Assembly: GCA_944385165.1 (NCBI GenBank)
Contig: CALWWF010000147.1
Location: forward strand, 1 to 49,628
DNA from: an uncultured Oscillospiraceae bacterium
GTDB lineage: Bacteria; Bacillota; Clostridia; Oscillospirales; Oscillospiraceae
Length of the DNA stretch: 49,628 bases
Direction of reading: 5' to 3'
Shown here: one piece after another, positions 37,248-46,013 of the stretch
How positions within the stretch are numbered: position 1 is the stretch's first letter
Layout: each line of letters starts with the position of its first letter
Notes under the pieces: generated by a model
Told to the model about the DNA's origin: nothing
What the model saw: the letters and a program-made list of their open reading frames with translations, nothing else
The model's database searches: none
Position numbers and translations under genes: made by a program

Positions 37248-37913
37248 TTATAGGACCCCCTCCAGGCCGCTGCGGTCCAGGACGAAGACCGTCTTGCCCT
37301 CCCGGCGGATCAATCCCGCGCCCTCCAGGGCCTCAAAAGCCCGGTACAGGGAGGCGCGGCTGAGCCCCAGCCTGCGGGCCAGGTCGGTGGCGGAGGTGTG
37401 GACCGCCTTCCCGTCCGGGTCCCCGCTGGAGAGCAGATACCGGGCCAGCTTGCCCTCGGCCCCGGTCTGGGCCACCGCCTGGAGCCGTCCGGAGAGGAAC
37501 CGGATGCGGCCGGACAGATAGCGCAGGTAGTTGTGCCGGAGCAGGGCCTCCTCCCCCAGCAGGCGGTCCACGTCCGCCTGGGGCAGAAAGAGGATGCGGC
37601 AGGGGAAGCGGGGGGTGAGGGTGGTGGCGTAGTCCGGCAGGTCGTTATACAAAGCGGCGGCGCCGAAGAGCTCCCCCGCCTCCAGCACGCTCACGGACAG
37701 AGAGCCGTTGGTCACCTGAAGCTGTCCGGAGAGGAGAAAGCCCAGACAGCGGCGGAACCGGTGTGGCTGGTAGACCGTCTGGCCGGCGGCAAAGTCCTGG
37801 GCAAACACCCCCGGCAGGGCGAGCACCCGCTGGAGCAGGCCCTCTTCCGCGCCCCGGAAAAAGGGACAGCGGCCCAGAAGCAGAAGCTCGTCTTGAGACA
37901 ACTCTGCCGCCAT
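37248..37913 (-). CDS. Crp/Fnr family transcriptional regulator
   Basis: cNMP-like domain (GELFGAAALY), C-terminal HTH LARRLGLSRASLYRAF. Confidence 0.9.
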   Translation of the reverse strand: MAAELSQDELLLLGRCPFFRGAEEGLLQRVLALPGVFAQDFAAGQTVYQPHRFRRCLGFLLSGQLQVTNGSLSVSVLEAGELFGAAALYNDLPDYATTLTPRFPCRILFLPQADVDRLLGEEALLRHNYLRYLSGRIRFLSGRLQAVAQTGAEGKLARYLLSSGDPDGKAVHTSATDLARRLGLSRASLYRAFEALEGAGLIRREGKTVFVLDRSGLEGVL

Positions 37914-37939
37914 GCCGCGTCCTCCTCTCGGTTTAAAAA

Positions 37940-37989
37940 TGTCTTATTTGAGACAAAAAGAATATAGCATACCGGGAAGCAAAGGTCAA
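37940..37989 (-). promoter_or_regulatory. Sigma-A promoter with a Crp-like palindromic operator at the start site
   Basis: TTGACC-17-TATATT (TG extended); TGTCT-N6-AGACA at 37940-37955. Confidence 0.65.
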
Positions 37990-38041
37990 CCCCCGGGCAT
38001 AGGATAGGGGGAAGGAACATCCAATCGAGGAGGGACGCTGT

Positions 38042-38311
38042 ATGAGGAATGCCTGTGGGGGCCCGCGGCCCCGCCGGAGCGACCCGGAGGAGGCCATCGC
38101 CAAGGTCCAGGCCGCGGCGGAGGAGATGACCATGAATCGCTATGTACATACCATCCCGCTGGCGGCGGACCAGGACCAGGAGGGGGAGGAGCTCTGGTGC
38201 CAGCTGGAGGAGCTCAACCGGGTGATGGACTACCAGAACAAGATCTTGGTGGAGATCCTGGCCGCCCTGGACCGGCTGGCCGGGGCGGTGGAGGGACGGG
38301 CAGAGCACTGA
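38042..38311 (+). CDS. Small hypothetical helical protein (89 aa)
   Basis: RBS GAGGAGG, ATG, genome-like codon usage, downstream terminator. Confidence 0.7.
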   Translation: MRNACGGPRPRRSDPEEAIAKVQAAAEEMTMNRYVHTIPLAADQDQEGEELWCQLEELNRVMDYQNKILVEILAALDRLAGAVEGRAEH

Positions 38312-38342
38312 AAAAGGACCGCTGTACGGACGATGAAGGGGC

Positions 38343-38380
38343 AAAAAGATGGTAGACACAAAGGTGCCTACCATCTTTTT
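38343..38380. terminator. Bidirectional terminator
   Basis: aaaaagatggtag...ctaccatcttttt. Confidence 0.85.
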
Positions 38381-38416
38381 GCGTGAATATAGGAGAAAAA
38401 GAATTCAACCTTGGGC

Positions 38417-39043
38417 TTACTCCAGCTCCAGCCGGTTTTTCAGATACCCGCCGGCGCAGTAGATGGCGGCCGCCGGGTTGTTGCCGGTGACCCGGTCCTT
38501 GGCCACCAGGGTGGTGACCAGGGCCTTGGAGTATTTGTAAAACAGGGAGTCGTGGCCCACGCACAGCCCCAGGCAGACGTTGAACTGCGTCCCCTCCCGG
38601 TTGAGCAGCTCCGCCTGGGCGATGGGGTTGCACATGACCTCGTAGGTCCCGGGGCGGACCCGGAACTCCGGGGGGATTCCCGCCCGGTCCTTGGGGATGG
38701 AGCCGGTCTTGCAGATGACGGAGACCACCTGAAAGCCGTTTTTCCGAAAAATGCGGTCCACCACGGCGGCCTCCTGGTGGAGCCCGGCGCAGAAGGCCAG
38801 GCCCAGCTTGGTGTACCCCATCCGCCGGGCAAACTCCATCACTTCCCGCAGGCGGGGCCAGTGGCCATACCCAAGGGCCTCCACGGCGGCGCTGGAGACG
38901 AAAAAGTCGTGGTTCTCCGGCTGAAAATATTCCTTTAAAACTTCCTCAAAGAACGCCGGGTCCTGCAGGGGGCAGTTCTTGGGCATCTTGTCCAGCTGTC
39001 CCGACCGGCAGGCCTCCACAGCGCACTGAGCGCAGGTGAACAT
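38417..39043 (-). CDS. DUF1847 Cys-rich putative metal-binding protein
   Basis: CAQC..C, GLAFCAGL, VICKTG, MCNPIAQA, GLCVGHDSLF, LVAKDRV. Confidence 0.88.
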   Translation of the reverse strand: MFTCAQCAVEACRSGQLDKMPKNCPLQDPAFFEEVLKEYFQPENHDFFVSSAAVEALGYGHWPRLREVMEFARRMGYTKLGLAFCAGLHQEAAVVDRIFRKNGFQVVSVICKTGSIPKDRAGIPPEFRVRPGTYEVMCNPIAQAELLNREGTQFNVCLGLCVGHDSLFYKYSKALVTTLVAKDRVTGNNPAAAIYCAGGYLKNRLELE

Positions 39044-39067
39044 CGCCGCTTCCTCCTTCCCGGCAGG

Positions 39068-39631
39068 TCAGCCTGCGTGCAGGCTGGCCAGATAGGCGGC
39101 GGGGCCGCTCTCGTACAGGTCGCCTCCGTGGACGTCCAGAATGACGGTGAGGGGGAAGTCCTCCACCTCCAGCTTCCGCACCGCCTCACAGCCCAGGTCC
39201 TCCCAGCAGATGACCTCCAGCTTCTTCACGCTGGCGGCCATCAGGGCCCCGGCGCCCCCCAGGGCGGCCAGGTAGACCGCGCCGCTGCGCACCACCGCGT
39301 CCTTCACCGCCTGGTTCCGCTTGCCTTTGCCGATCATGATCCGCTGGCCCAGGTCCAGCAGGCGGGGGGAGTAGGGGTCCATGCGGCCGCTGGTGGTGGG
39401 GCCGGCGGAGCCGATGACCTGCCCCGGCCGCTCCGGGGTGGGACCCACATAGTACACGGCGGAGCCCTCCACCGGGAAGGGGAGGGGTTTCCCCGCGTCC
39501 AGCAGCTCCATCATCCGCTTATGGGCCGCGTCCCGGGCGGTGTACACTGTGCCCGAGAGCAGCACCGTATCCCCCGCCTTCAACGGGGCGAGGTCCTCCC
39601 GGGTCACGGGAGTGGTCAGTCGATATTGCAT
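39068..39631 (-). CDS. Class I fumarate hydratase / tartrate dehydratase beta subunit
   Basis: YTARDAAHKR, SAGPTTSGRMD, MIGKG, GGAGAL. Confidence 0.93.
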   Translation of the reverse strand: MQYRLTTPVTREDLAPLKAGDTVLLSGTVYTARDAAHKRMMELLDAGKPLPFPVEGSAVYYVGPTPERPGQVIGSAGPTTSGRMDPYSPRLLDLGQRIMIGKGKRNQAVKDAVVRSGAVYLAALGGAGALMAASVKKLEVICWEDLGCEAVRKLEVEDFPLTVILDVHGGDLYESGPAAYLASLHAG

Positions 39632-39684
39632 GATATATTCCTCCTAACTCTGAGAGGTAAATTATATAGACAAGGGAAAATGCT

Positions 39685-40563
39685 TTACGGATGTTCCCCC
39701 TCCGTCTCGTCCTCCGTGCCCTCCTTCAGCGCGCCGCTCTGGGCCTGGCGGAGAAAGTCCAGGATGGTTTGTGCCACCTCCTTGGTCTGATAGCGGTACA
39801 GGTCGTAGGGCAGGTCGTAGAGCTGGGCGCGGTTGTAGGTGAACTGGTTGAGATACTCCAGGGCGTGCCTGCGCCACTCCTCTCCGGAGAGGGGGGTCCC
39901 GCTGCCGTTGGAGATAAGAAACAGAGTGGGGATGGAGGCCGGGACTCCAGCCTTGGAGATGGTGCGCACGTTGTCCGGCAGGGCCCGGCTCTCGTTGAGC
40001 CAGTCGATGCAGGCGAAGTTCCGCCGGGCGGCGGGGGCCAGCTTCCGCCGAAGATTGGCGGGGTAGCGGCTGAGCAGGGAGGAGGCCATCAGCCGGAAGT
40101 TCAGGCGGCGCTTCCACTCCGGGTGGTTGAGCTTCTCCATCTGACGGATGGAGCGTTCCAGGTCAAAGGTCTGGTAGAGCTCCGGGGTGGCCGGGTCGAC
40201 GCCCACCAGGGCGGACACCTCGCCGGGGTACTTCTGGGCCCAGCGCAGGGCCTCCAGAAAGCCCATGCTGTGGCCCACCAGGACCACGGGGGTGGGGAGG
40301 CTTAGGGCGGAGAGCACTTCCCGGTACTCCTCCACGATGCGGTCCACGTCCCGGGGCAGGCCCGCCACGTCGCTGTTCCCATAGCCAAACTTGGAGGGGA
40401 TCAGCACCGAAAATGCTCGGGCCAGCTCGTTCCCCAGGCCGCCGTACTCCAGGGCGGGGAAAAAGGTGCTGAAGCCGGACAGCAAAAGCAGCGGGACCGG
40501 GCCGTCCCCCATCCGGGACACTTGGACGGTCCCGCCGCGGATCGTTACATACTCGTCTTGCAT
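39685..40563 (-). CDS. Alpha/beta hydrolase fold protein
   Basis: FGYGNSD, nucleophile elbow GHSMG, LVGVDP. Confidence 0.85.
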   Translation of the reverse strand: MQDEYVTIRGGTVQVSRMGDGPVPLLLLSGFSTFFPALEYGGLGNELARAFSVLIPSKFGYGNSDVAGLPRDVDRIVEEYREVLSALSLPTPVVLVGHSMGFLEALRWAQKYPGEVSALVGVDPATPELYQTFDLERSIRQMEKLNHPEWKRRLNFRLMASSLLSRYPANLRRKLAPAARRNFACIDWLNESRALPDNVRTISKAGVPASIPTLFLISNGSGTPLSGEEWRRHALEYLNQFTYNRAQLYDLPYDLYRYQTKEVAQTILDFLRQAQSGALKEGTEDETEGEHP

Positions 40564-40593
40564 AGATTTCTCCTGTAAATGGGCCTGGGCGGC

Positions 40594-41433
40594 TTACAGC
40601 TCCGCCGTGGCCCGCCGGGTCACGTGGCAGCTCACGTTCACCGCCACCGGCAGGCCCGCCACATGGGTGGGGGCAGTCTCGATGGACAGTCCCAGACAGG
40701 TGGTTTTTCCGCCGAACCCCTGGGGGCCGATGCCCAGGGCGTTGATCTCCTCCAAAAGCTCCCGCTCCAAAGCGGCGTAGAAGGGGTCGGCGTTGGGCTG
40801 GTCGATGGGCCGGAGGAGGGCGTGCTTGGCCAGATAGGCCACCTTGTCAAAGGAGCCGCCGATGCCGATGCCCAGCACAATGGGGGGACAGGGGTTGGAG
40901 CCGGCCAGTTTCACCGTCTCCACCACGAACTGCTTCACGCCCTCCACCCCGTCGGCGGGTTTGAGCATCCCCAGGCGGCTCATGTTCTCTGAGCCGAAGC
41001 CCTTGGGGGCCACAGTGATCCGGCACCCATCCCCGGGCATCAGGCGGAGGGTGATGGCGGCGGGGGTGTTGTCCTCGGTGTTCACCCTCCGCAGGGGATC
41101 GCCCACGATGGACTTGCGCAAAAAGCCCTCCCCGTAGCCCTGACGGACCCCCTGGTGGATGGCGTCCTCAAAATTGCCCTCGATATGCACGTCCTGGCCC
41201 AGCTCCACGAACACGCAGGCCATGCCCGTGTCCTGGCAGACGGGCAGGTTTTTTTCCTCCGCCAGCTCCATGTTTTCCCACAGCAGGCCCAGGGTTTCTT
41301 GGGCCAGGGGCCAGGGCTCGCCGTGCCGGGCGGCGTCCAGGGCCGCCACGATGTCCTCCGGCAGGCGGGTGTTGGCCTGGATGCACAGCTTGGCCACCGC
41401 GTCGGTGAGGGCGGCGGCTTGGATGGTACGCAT
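40594..41433 (-). CDS. Class I fumarate hydratase / tartrate dehydratase alpha (Fe-S) subunit
   Basis: PVCQDTG, KGFGSENMS, NPCPP, GPQGFGG, SCHVTR. Confidence 0.94.
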   Translation of the reverse strand: MRTIQAAALTDAVAKLCIQANTRLPEDIVAALDAARHGEPWPLAQETLGLLWENMELAEEKNLPVCQDTGMACVFVELGQDVHIEGNFEDAIHQGVRQGYGEGFLRKSIVGDPLRRVNTEDNTPAAITLRLMPGDGCRITVAPKGFGSENMSRLGMLKPADGVEGVKQFVVETVKLAGSNPCPPIVLGIGIGGSFDKVAYLAKHALLRPIDQPNADPFYAALERELLEEINALGIGPQGFGGKTTCLGLSIETAPTHVAGLPVAVNVSCHVTRRATAEL

Positions 41434-41503
41434 TGACACTCCCTCTTTCTCTTTGGTTTTTTCCATTGTAGCAAATTTCCCGGAGAAGGGAAAGAGAAAG
41501 CGC

Positions 41504-41532
41504 AAAAAAACTCCCCGCCGGAGGGCGGGGAG
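41504..41532 (-). terminator. Intrinsic terminator
   Basis: Minus strand ctccccgcc-ctcc-ggcggggag-ttttttt. Confidence 0.8.
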
Positions 41533-41542
41533 CGGGGCGGCT

Positions 41543-43108
41543 TCAGGGGTTCAGGACGTAGATGCCGCCAATGGTCTGGGCCGCGCCGTCGCGGGGAATG
41601 GAGCCGGAGGCGAGCAGCTGTGGGAAGGAGTAGTAGGGGTAGCGCAGCCAGGAGATCTGGTGGCGGTAGAGGAACGAGGCCTGGTAGTTGAGAACGCCGT
41701 TGGGGAAGTGCTCCTCCCATCCGGTGTGGTCCTCGCTCCAGGCAATCCAGCCCCAGCGGTCCCCGCTGTCTGCCGGGAACGTGAACGAGCACCAGGGGAT
41801 ATAGGGCAGATGCCCCAGGGGCTCCAGGGCGTAGTCGTACCAGTCCAAAGCCCAGTCGGGCAGTTCCTCCGGCGTCTCGCCCCCGGCAAGATGCACGTCT
41901 GGGGCGGCGGTCCAGGTCTGTCCGCCCTGGGTCCAGAGGATGCGGGCGGAGAAGTCGTAGCTGGGATTGTAGGAGGATGGGTCGCCGGTGAGGCCGTCCT
42001 GGATGTTGCGCTCCGGATTTTGCAGCCACCGGAAGGTGAGGTAATAGCGGGCCTGGTCGCCGGGCAGCTCCACCGCCCAGGCCTGGAGGGCGATGTGTTC
42101 CACGTCGGCACGAGTGGAGGCTTCCTCCTCTTGGGAATAGGTGTGCTGACCGTAGGAGTGCCAGAGGGAGAGGCGGTAGACCGCCTGGGCCTCCCGGCAC
42201 CGCTCCAGCTCCTCTTCGTCCAGCGCGTCTGCCAGCTCCGGGTCCATGCCCAGCTCCACCAGGCGCTCCCGCACCGGGACGTACGGTGCGCTTTGCAGGC
42301 TGGACAGAGGCTGCCCCTCCAGAACCGGGGCGCGGCTGGACAGCCACAGAGCGGTGGTGACCGACCCGGCCAGGACCAGGACCACCAGCCCCAGAAAGAC
42401 GGGGCCGGGCAGCCGGGCGGGGGCGGTGCGGACGGCATAGCCCAGGCCGGTAAGGGCGGAGCGCTGCTTCCCGATGCACACCAGGACCAGGATAAACAGC
42501 ACCGCCATGGCGATGGTCCGGGCGTAGTACAGCTCTTCGTTGGTGATCTCCGGGCCGAAGGAGATGGGGCCCTCCGGCTGGGCGGTGAGGGGGACCAGAG
42601 TGGTCCACACCGCCACACACAGGGCGGCCAGATAGGCCAGCGCCGCCCGGCCGATCCAGTCCTTGGGCCGGCGCTCCGCCGCAGTGAAGGAGGTGCGGAT
42701 GCCCTGGCGCAGGGCGGCCAGCAGGGCCAGATGGAGCAGGCTGGACAGCGCGCCAAGCCCGATATTCAGGGCTGGGACGGCGGCGATCTGGGCCATGAGG
42801 GGGGTGGCGTTCAGGGTGTATGTCACCCCGCAGAAGAGAAGGTAGAGGCCGGACAGCCCCCAGCACAGCGTAAACCACCGGTTCTCCCGCCGGAGGGTGC
42901 GGTAGCCCAGATACAGCAGGACGGCCCCCAGCATGGGCAGGAGGTATTGCAGATAGAAAAACTCAAACTGGAAGAAGATCAGCCCCATGCCCCATAGAAT
43001 CTTGGTCATGGCGGAGCGCCAGGGGTTGTAGTTTTGCACCTCGCCAGGGGAGGGGGGGAGCTGGGACAAGCCCTCCATCAGAGAGCGGTCAAATTCGTTG
43101 GGGTTCAC
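41543..43108 (-). CDS. Multi-pass membrane protein with an extracytoplasmic C-terminal domain; putative anti-sigma partner
   Basis: About 7 hydrophobic segments then about 230 soluble residues; GTGA overlap with the ECF sigma gene. Confidence 0.7.
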   Translation of the reverse strand: MNPNEFDRSLMEGLSQLPPSPGEVQNYNPWRSAMTKILWGMGLIFFQFEFFYLQYLLPMLGAVLLYLGYRTLRRENRWFTLCWGLSGLYLLFCGVTYTLNATPLMAQIAAVPALNIGLGALSSLLHLALLAALRQGIRTSFTAAERRPKDWIGRAALAYLAALCVAVWTTLVPLTAQPEGPISFGPEITNEELYYARTIAMAVLFILVLVCIGKQRSALTGLGYAVRTAPARLPGPVFLGLVVLVLAGSVTTALWLSSRAPVLEGQPLSSLQSAPYVPVRERLVELGMDPELADALDEEELERCREAQAVYRLSLWHSYGQHTYSQEEEASTRADVEHIALQAWAVELPGDQARYYLTFRWLQNPERNIQDGLTGDPSSYNPSYDFSARILWTQGGQTWTAAPDVHLAGGETPEELPDWALDWYDYALEPLGHLPYIPWCSFTFPADSGDRWGWIAWSEDHTGWEEHFPNGVLNYQASFLYRHQISWLRYPYYSFPQLLASGSIPRDGAAQTIGGIYVLNP

Positions 43109-43641
43109 AGCGGCTCACCTCCCAACTGCTTTTGGAGTTTCTTCCGGATGCGGTGCAGCCGGCCCTCCACCGCCCGCTCCGTCAGGCCCAGCTCCGCCGC
43201 CATCCGGGCGGTGGACTGGAGGTAGAAATATTTTCGATAGATCAGGTTCCGGTCTCGGGGGCTCAGGGCATTCAGAGCCCGCCCCAGGGCCTGGACCCGC
43301 TCCTTTTGCAGCAGCAGTTCCTCCGGGCCGGGGGAGGGGTCCGGGTGGGACTCCGGCAATTCTTCGGCGCTGTGCCACTGGAGCTTCCGCAGCCGGTCGA
43401 AGGCGGCGTTGCGGCACAGGGCGGTGAGCCAGGTGGCAGGGCTGGAGCGCTCCGGGTCGTACCGGGCCCGGTTCTCCCAGAGCTTCAGGCCCACCTCGGC
43501 CAGACAGTCCTCCCGCTGGTGGGGGTCGTCCAGGATACCGCCCACAATGTACCGGAGCATCCCGTCGTAGTAGGCCAGCAGACGCTCCGCCGCGTCCGGG
43601 TCCCCCTGCTGAAGCTGGGCCATCCATTGGGCTGGGTCCAC
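43105..43641 (-). CDS. ECF RNA polymerase sigma factor
   Basis: Region 2 (REDCLAEV..LW, TWLTALCRNAAFDRLR) and region 4 (MAAELGLTERAVEGRLHR). Confidence 0.92.
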   Translation of the reverse strand: MDPAQWMAQLQQGDPDAAERLLAYYDGMLRYIVGGILDDPHQREDCLAEVGLKLWENRARYDPERSSPATWLTALCRNAAFDRLRKLQWHSAEELPESHPDPSPGPEELLLQKERVQALGRALNALSPRDRNLIYRKYFYLQSTARMAAELGLTERAVEGRLHRIRKKLQKQLGGEPL

Positions 43642-43770
43642 GCCGGTCACCTCCTTGTCTCTCGTCTGCTGGTATATACGCGGGGGCAGGGGAAAACCCA
43701 CGAAAAATTTGGGGGAATGTCAAACAGCCGGAACGGACTTGCCGCTCCGGCTGTTGGGATGGATGGACTT

Positions 43771-44514
43771 CTACAGGGGCAGGAACCCCACCGCCCACTG
43801 GAACACCGGCCCCAGCACCAGGGCGGGGAGAAGGTTTGCCACCTTGAACTTGTTTCCGAAGCACAGGTTGACCCCCACGCAGAAGATGAGCATATTCCCC
43901 AAAAAGGACAGATTGGCGATGACCGCCTGGCTGAACACCGGGGAGAGCAGCCCGGCAAAGAGGGTGACCGCCCCCTGAAGCACCCCCACCGGCAGGGCGG
44001 AGAAAATGGCCCCCTTGCCGTAGATGGAGGCGAAGATCATCACCAGCATGAAGTCCAGAATGGCCTTGGTGTACAGGGTGGCGGCGTTGCCGGTGAGGCC
44101 GTCCTGGATAGCGCCCACGATGGCCATGGCCCCAATGCAAACGGTGAGGGAGGCGGTGACGAAGCCCTGGATAAACTGGTTGTCCCCGCCCCGGTCGGCT
44201 TTGGACTTGAGCCAGGCCCCCAGCTGTTCGATGCGGCGGTCCAGGTCAATGAACTCCCCCGCCAGAGCCCCCAGAGCCAGAGCGAGCACCATGGCCAGGG
44301 TGTCCCCGATCCCCGCGGACGCCAGGCCCCCGTCCTCCACGGTGAGCATCTCCGCCAGAGCGCCGGAGGCGCCGATGAACAAGACAGCCAGGCCCACCGC
44401 CTTCAAAATGCCGTCCTGGTAGTGCGCCTTCAGCCCGCCCCTGGCCAGCAGGCCGATGAGGCCGCCCACAATAATAGCCAGGACGTTGGCGATGGTTCCG
44501 GTGCCGATCATCAT
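43771..44514 (-). CDS. DUF554 membrane protein
   Basis: GTIANVLAII, GFVTASLTVCIGAMAIVGAIQDG, LYTKAILD, KVANLLPAL. Confidence 0.9.
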   Translation of the reverse strand: MMIGTGTIANVLAIIVGGLIGLLARGGLKAHYQDGILKAVGLAVLFIGASGALAEMLTVEDGGLASAGIGDTLAMVLALALGALAGEFIDLDRRIEQLGAWLKSKADRGGDNQFIQGFVTASLTVCIGAMAIVGAIQDGLTGNAATLYTKAILDFMLVMIFASIYGKGAIFSALPVGVLQGAVTLFAGLLSPVFSQAVIANLSFLGNMLIFCVGVNLCFGNKFKVANLLPALVLGPVFQWAVGFLPL

Positions 44515-44617
44515 ACAAATTCCCCCTGTTTCTGCGTTCCGAACCAGTATAACAGGTTTTGGCCGGAAACGGAAGGGGGAGCGGGGGCATCTCCCGCCCT
44601 CCTGCGGCGGCCTGGGC

Positions 44618-45967
44618 CTACTGCGCCGGAGGGTATGGACGGTATTGGGACGGGTCCGGTGGTTCGGAGAGCCAGTCCCAGCCCACACACTCCCAGGGGC
44701 CGTCCTGGTAGCAGAACCAGTTGGACTCCCCCCACCGGCCGTCGGAGAGCTCATAGGCCATGCGGAAGAAAGATCCGCTGTCGATCTGCCGCCGCACCGA
44801 TTGTACGGAAAGAGATTGAGGAATGTTATGCTCCTGGTATTGCAGCGCTAAGTCCTGCTGGACAAAGGCGGCGGCAGAGCCGAACTGCTCCGAGATGGAC
44901 CGGTCCAGGTCCGCCGGGAGGACCACATCCTGGATGGGTCCCCCCACAAAAAACAGCAGGATGACGGCAAACAGAGCCCACTTCACGCCGCCAAGCCAGA
45001 AGTTGGGCCGCTTCCAGGCCACTGCGGCTTTGACCCGCACCGCCCCGTCGCTCTCGCCGAAGGCCAGAGGGGCGTCCCAGATCTGTTTCCCCGCTCCCAG
45101 CTCCACCAAGGTCCTGGCGTACTCCCGGCGGTTTTCGGGAGAGAGCTGGTCCAGGGTGGCCCGGTCACAGTCCAGCTCCAGATCCAGGCAGGTATATTTG
45201 TACCCCAACCACACCAGAGGATTCCACCAGTGAAGGAGCAGGGCGACGGTGAAGATCCCCTTCATCCAGGTGTGGCGGCTTTTCAGGTGGTTGAGTTCGT
45301 GGCGAAGGACCAGGGCCCGGCGCTGGGGGGACAGCTCCTCCTGGAGATAGATCACATCGCAGGGATGGCCGCCTATCTTTTCCCCGCCTGCGTACACAAA
45401 GCTGGTGGGCAGGCCGGAGCACAGGCGGACCCGGACTGTGTCCTCCGCAGGCTTGAGCCCGTAGAACTTCTTTAACTCCGGCCCGTCCCAGTCCAGCAGC
45501 CGCCCCTGGAGGGCCTTGGCCTTCAGCGCCTTGGTGCTCCGGTCAAAGCGCCAGGTCAGAAAGATGATGCCGCTCAGGAAGACCGCGCCGGCCAGCACCG
45601 CCATCCAGGGCTCCACGGCGACGGGGATGGAGAGGCCGCCGGGAAGAGCCAGGTGCTGACTCCCCTGGCTGCGGAGGGAGGGGAGGTAGGCGGGGAGGGA
45701 CACAGTGCGGCTGTCCAGGGTCCGGGGGGTAATCAGGTCCCGGAAGGTCACCGGAAGCACGTGGAACCAGGAGAGCGCCGAATACCAGACGGGGGAGTAT
45801 GCCCCCATCCAGGCGGCAAGCCAGAGCAGAAGCCGCTGCCGGGGCGTCAGAACTCGCTTCAGCACAGGGCGCAGAAGTAGCAGGGCCCCAAGCAGCAGTC
45901 CGGTGGCCAGCCCTAAGTTCAGATATAGGTCCAGAAAGTATGACAGCAGGTTTTGCAGCATCTCCAT
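44618..45967 (-). CDS. M56 (BlaR1-like) metallopeptidase sensor with an approx. 100-aa C-terminal domain
   Basis: LRHELNH zincin motif, HWWNPLVW, DLELDCD, EYARTL. Confidence 0.9.
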   Translation of the reverse strand: MEMLQNLLSYFLDLYLNLGLATGLLLGALLLLRPVLKRVLTPRQRLLLWLAAWMGAYSPVWYSALSWFHVLPVTFRDLITPRTLDSRTVSLPAYLPSLRSQGSQHLALPGGLSIPVAVEPWMAVLAGAVFLSGIIFLTWRFDRSTKALKAKALQGRLLDWDGPELKKFYGLKPAEDTVRVRLCSGLPTSFVYAGGEKIGGHPCDVIYLQEELSPQRRALVLRHELNHLKSRHTWMKGIFTVALLLHWWNPLVWLGYKYTCLDLELDCDRATLDQLSPENRREYARTLVELGAGKQIWDAPLAFGESDGAVRVKAAVAWKRPNFWLGGVKWALFAVILLFFVGGPIQDVVLPADLDRSISEQFGSAAAFVQQDLALQYQEHNIPQSLSVQSVRRQIDSGSFFRMAYELSDGRWGESNWFCYQDGPWECVGWDWLSEPPDPSQYRPYPPAQ

Positions 45968-46013
45968 AGGGATACCTCCGTTCCGGGGAAGATCGCGGCT
46001 GCGGCGGGGAGTC

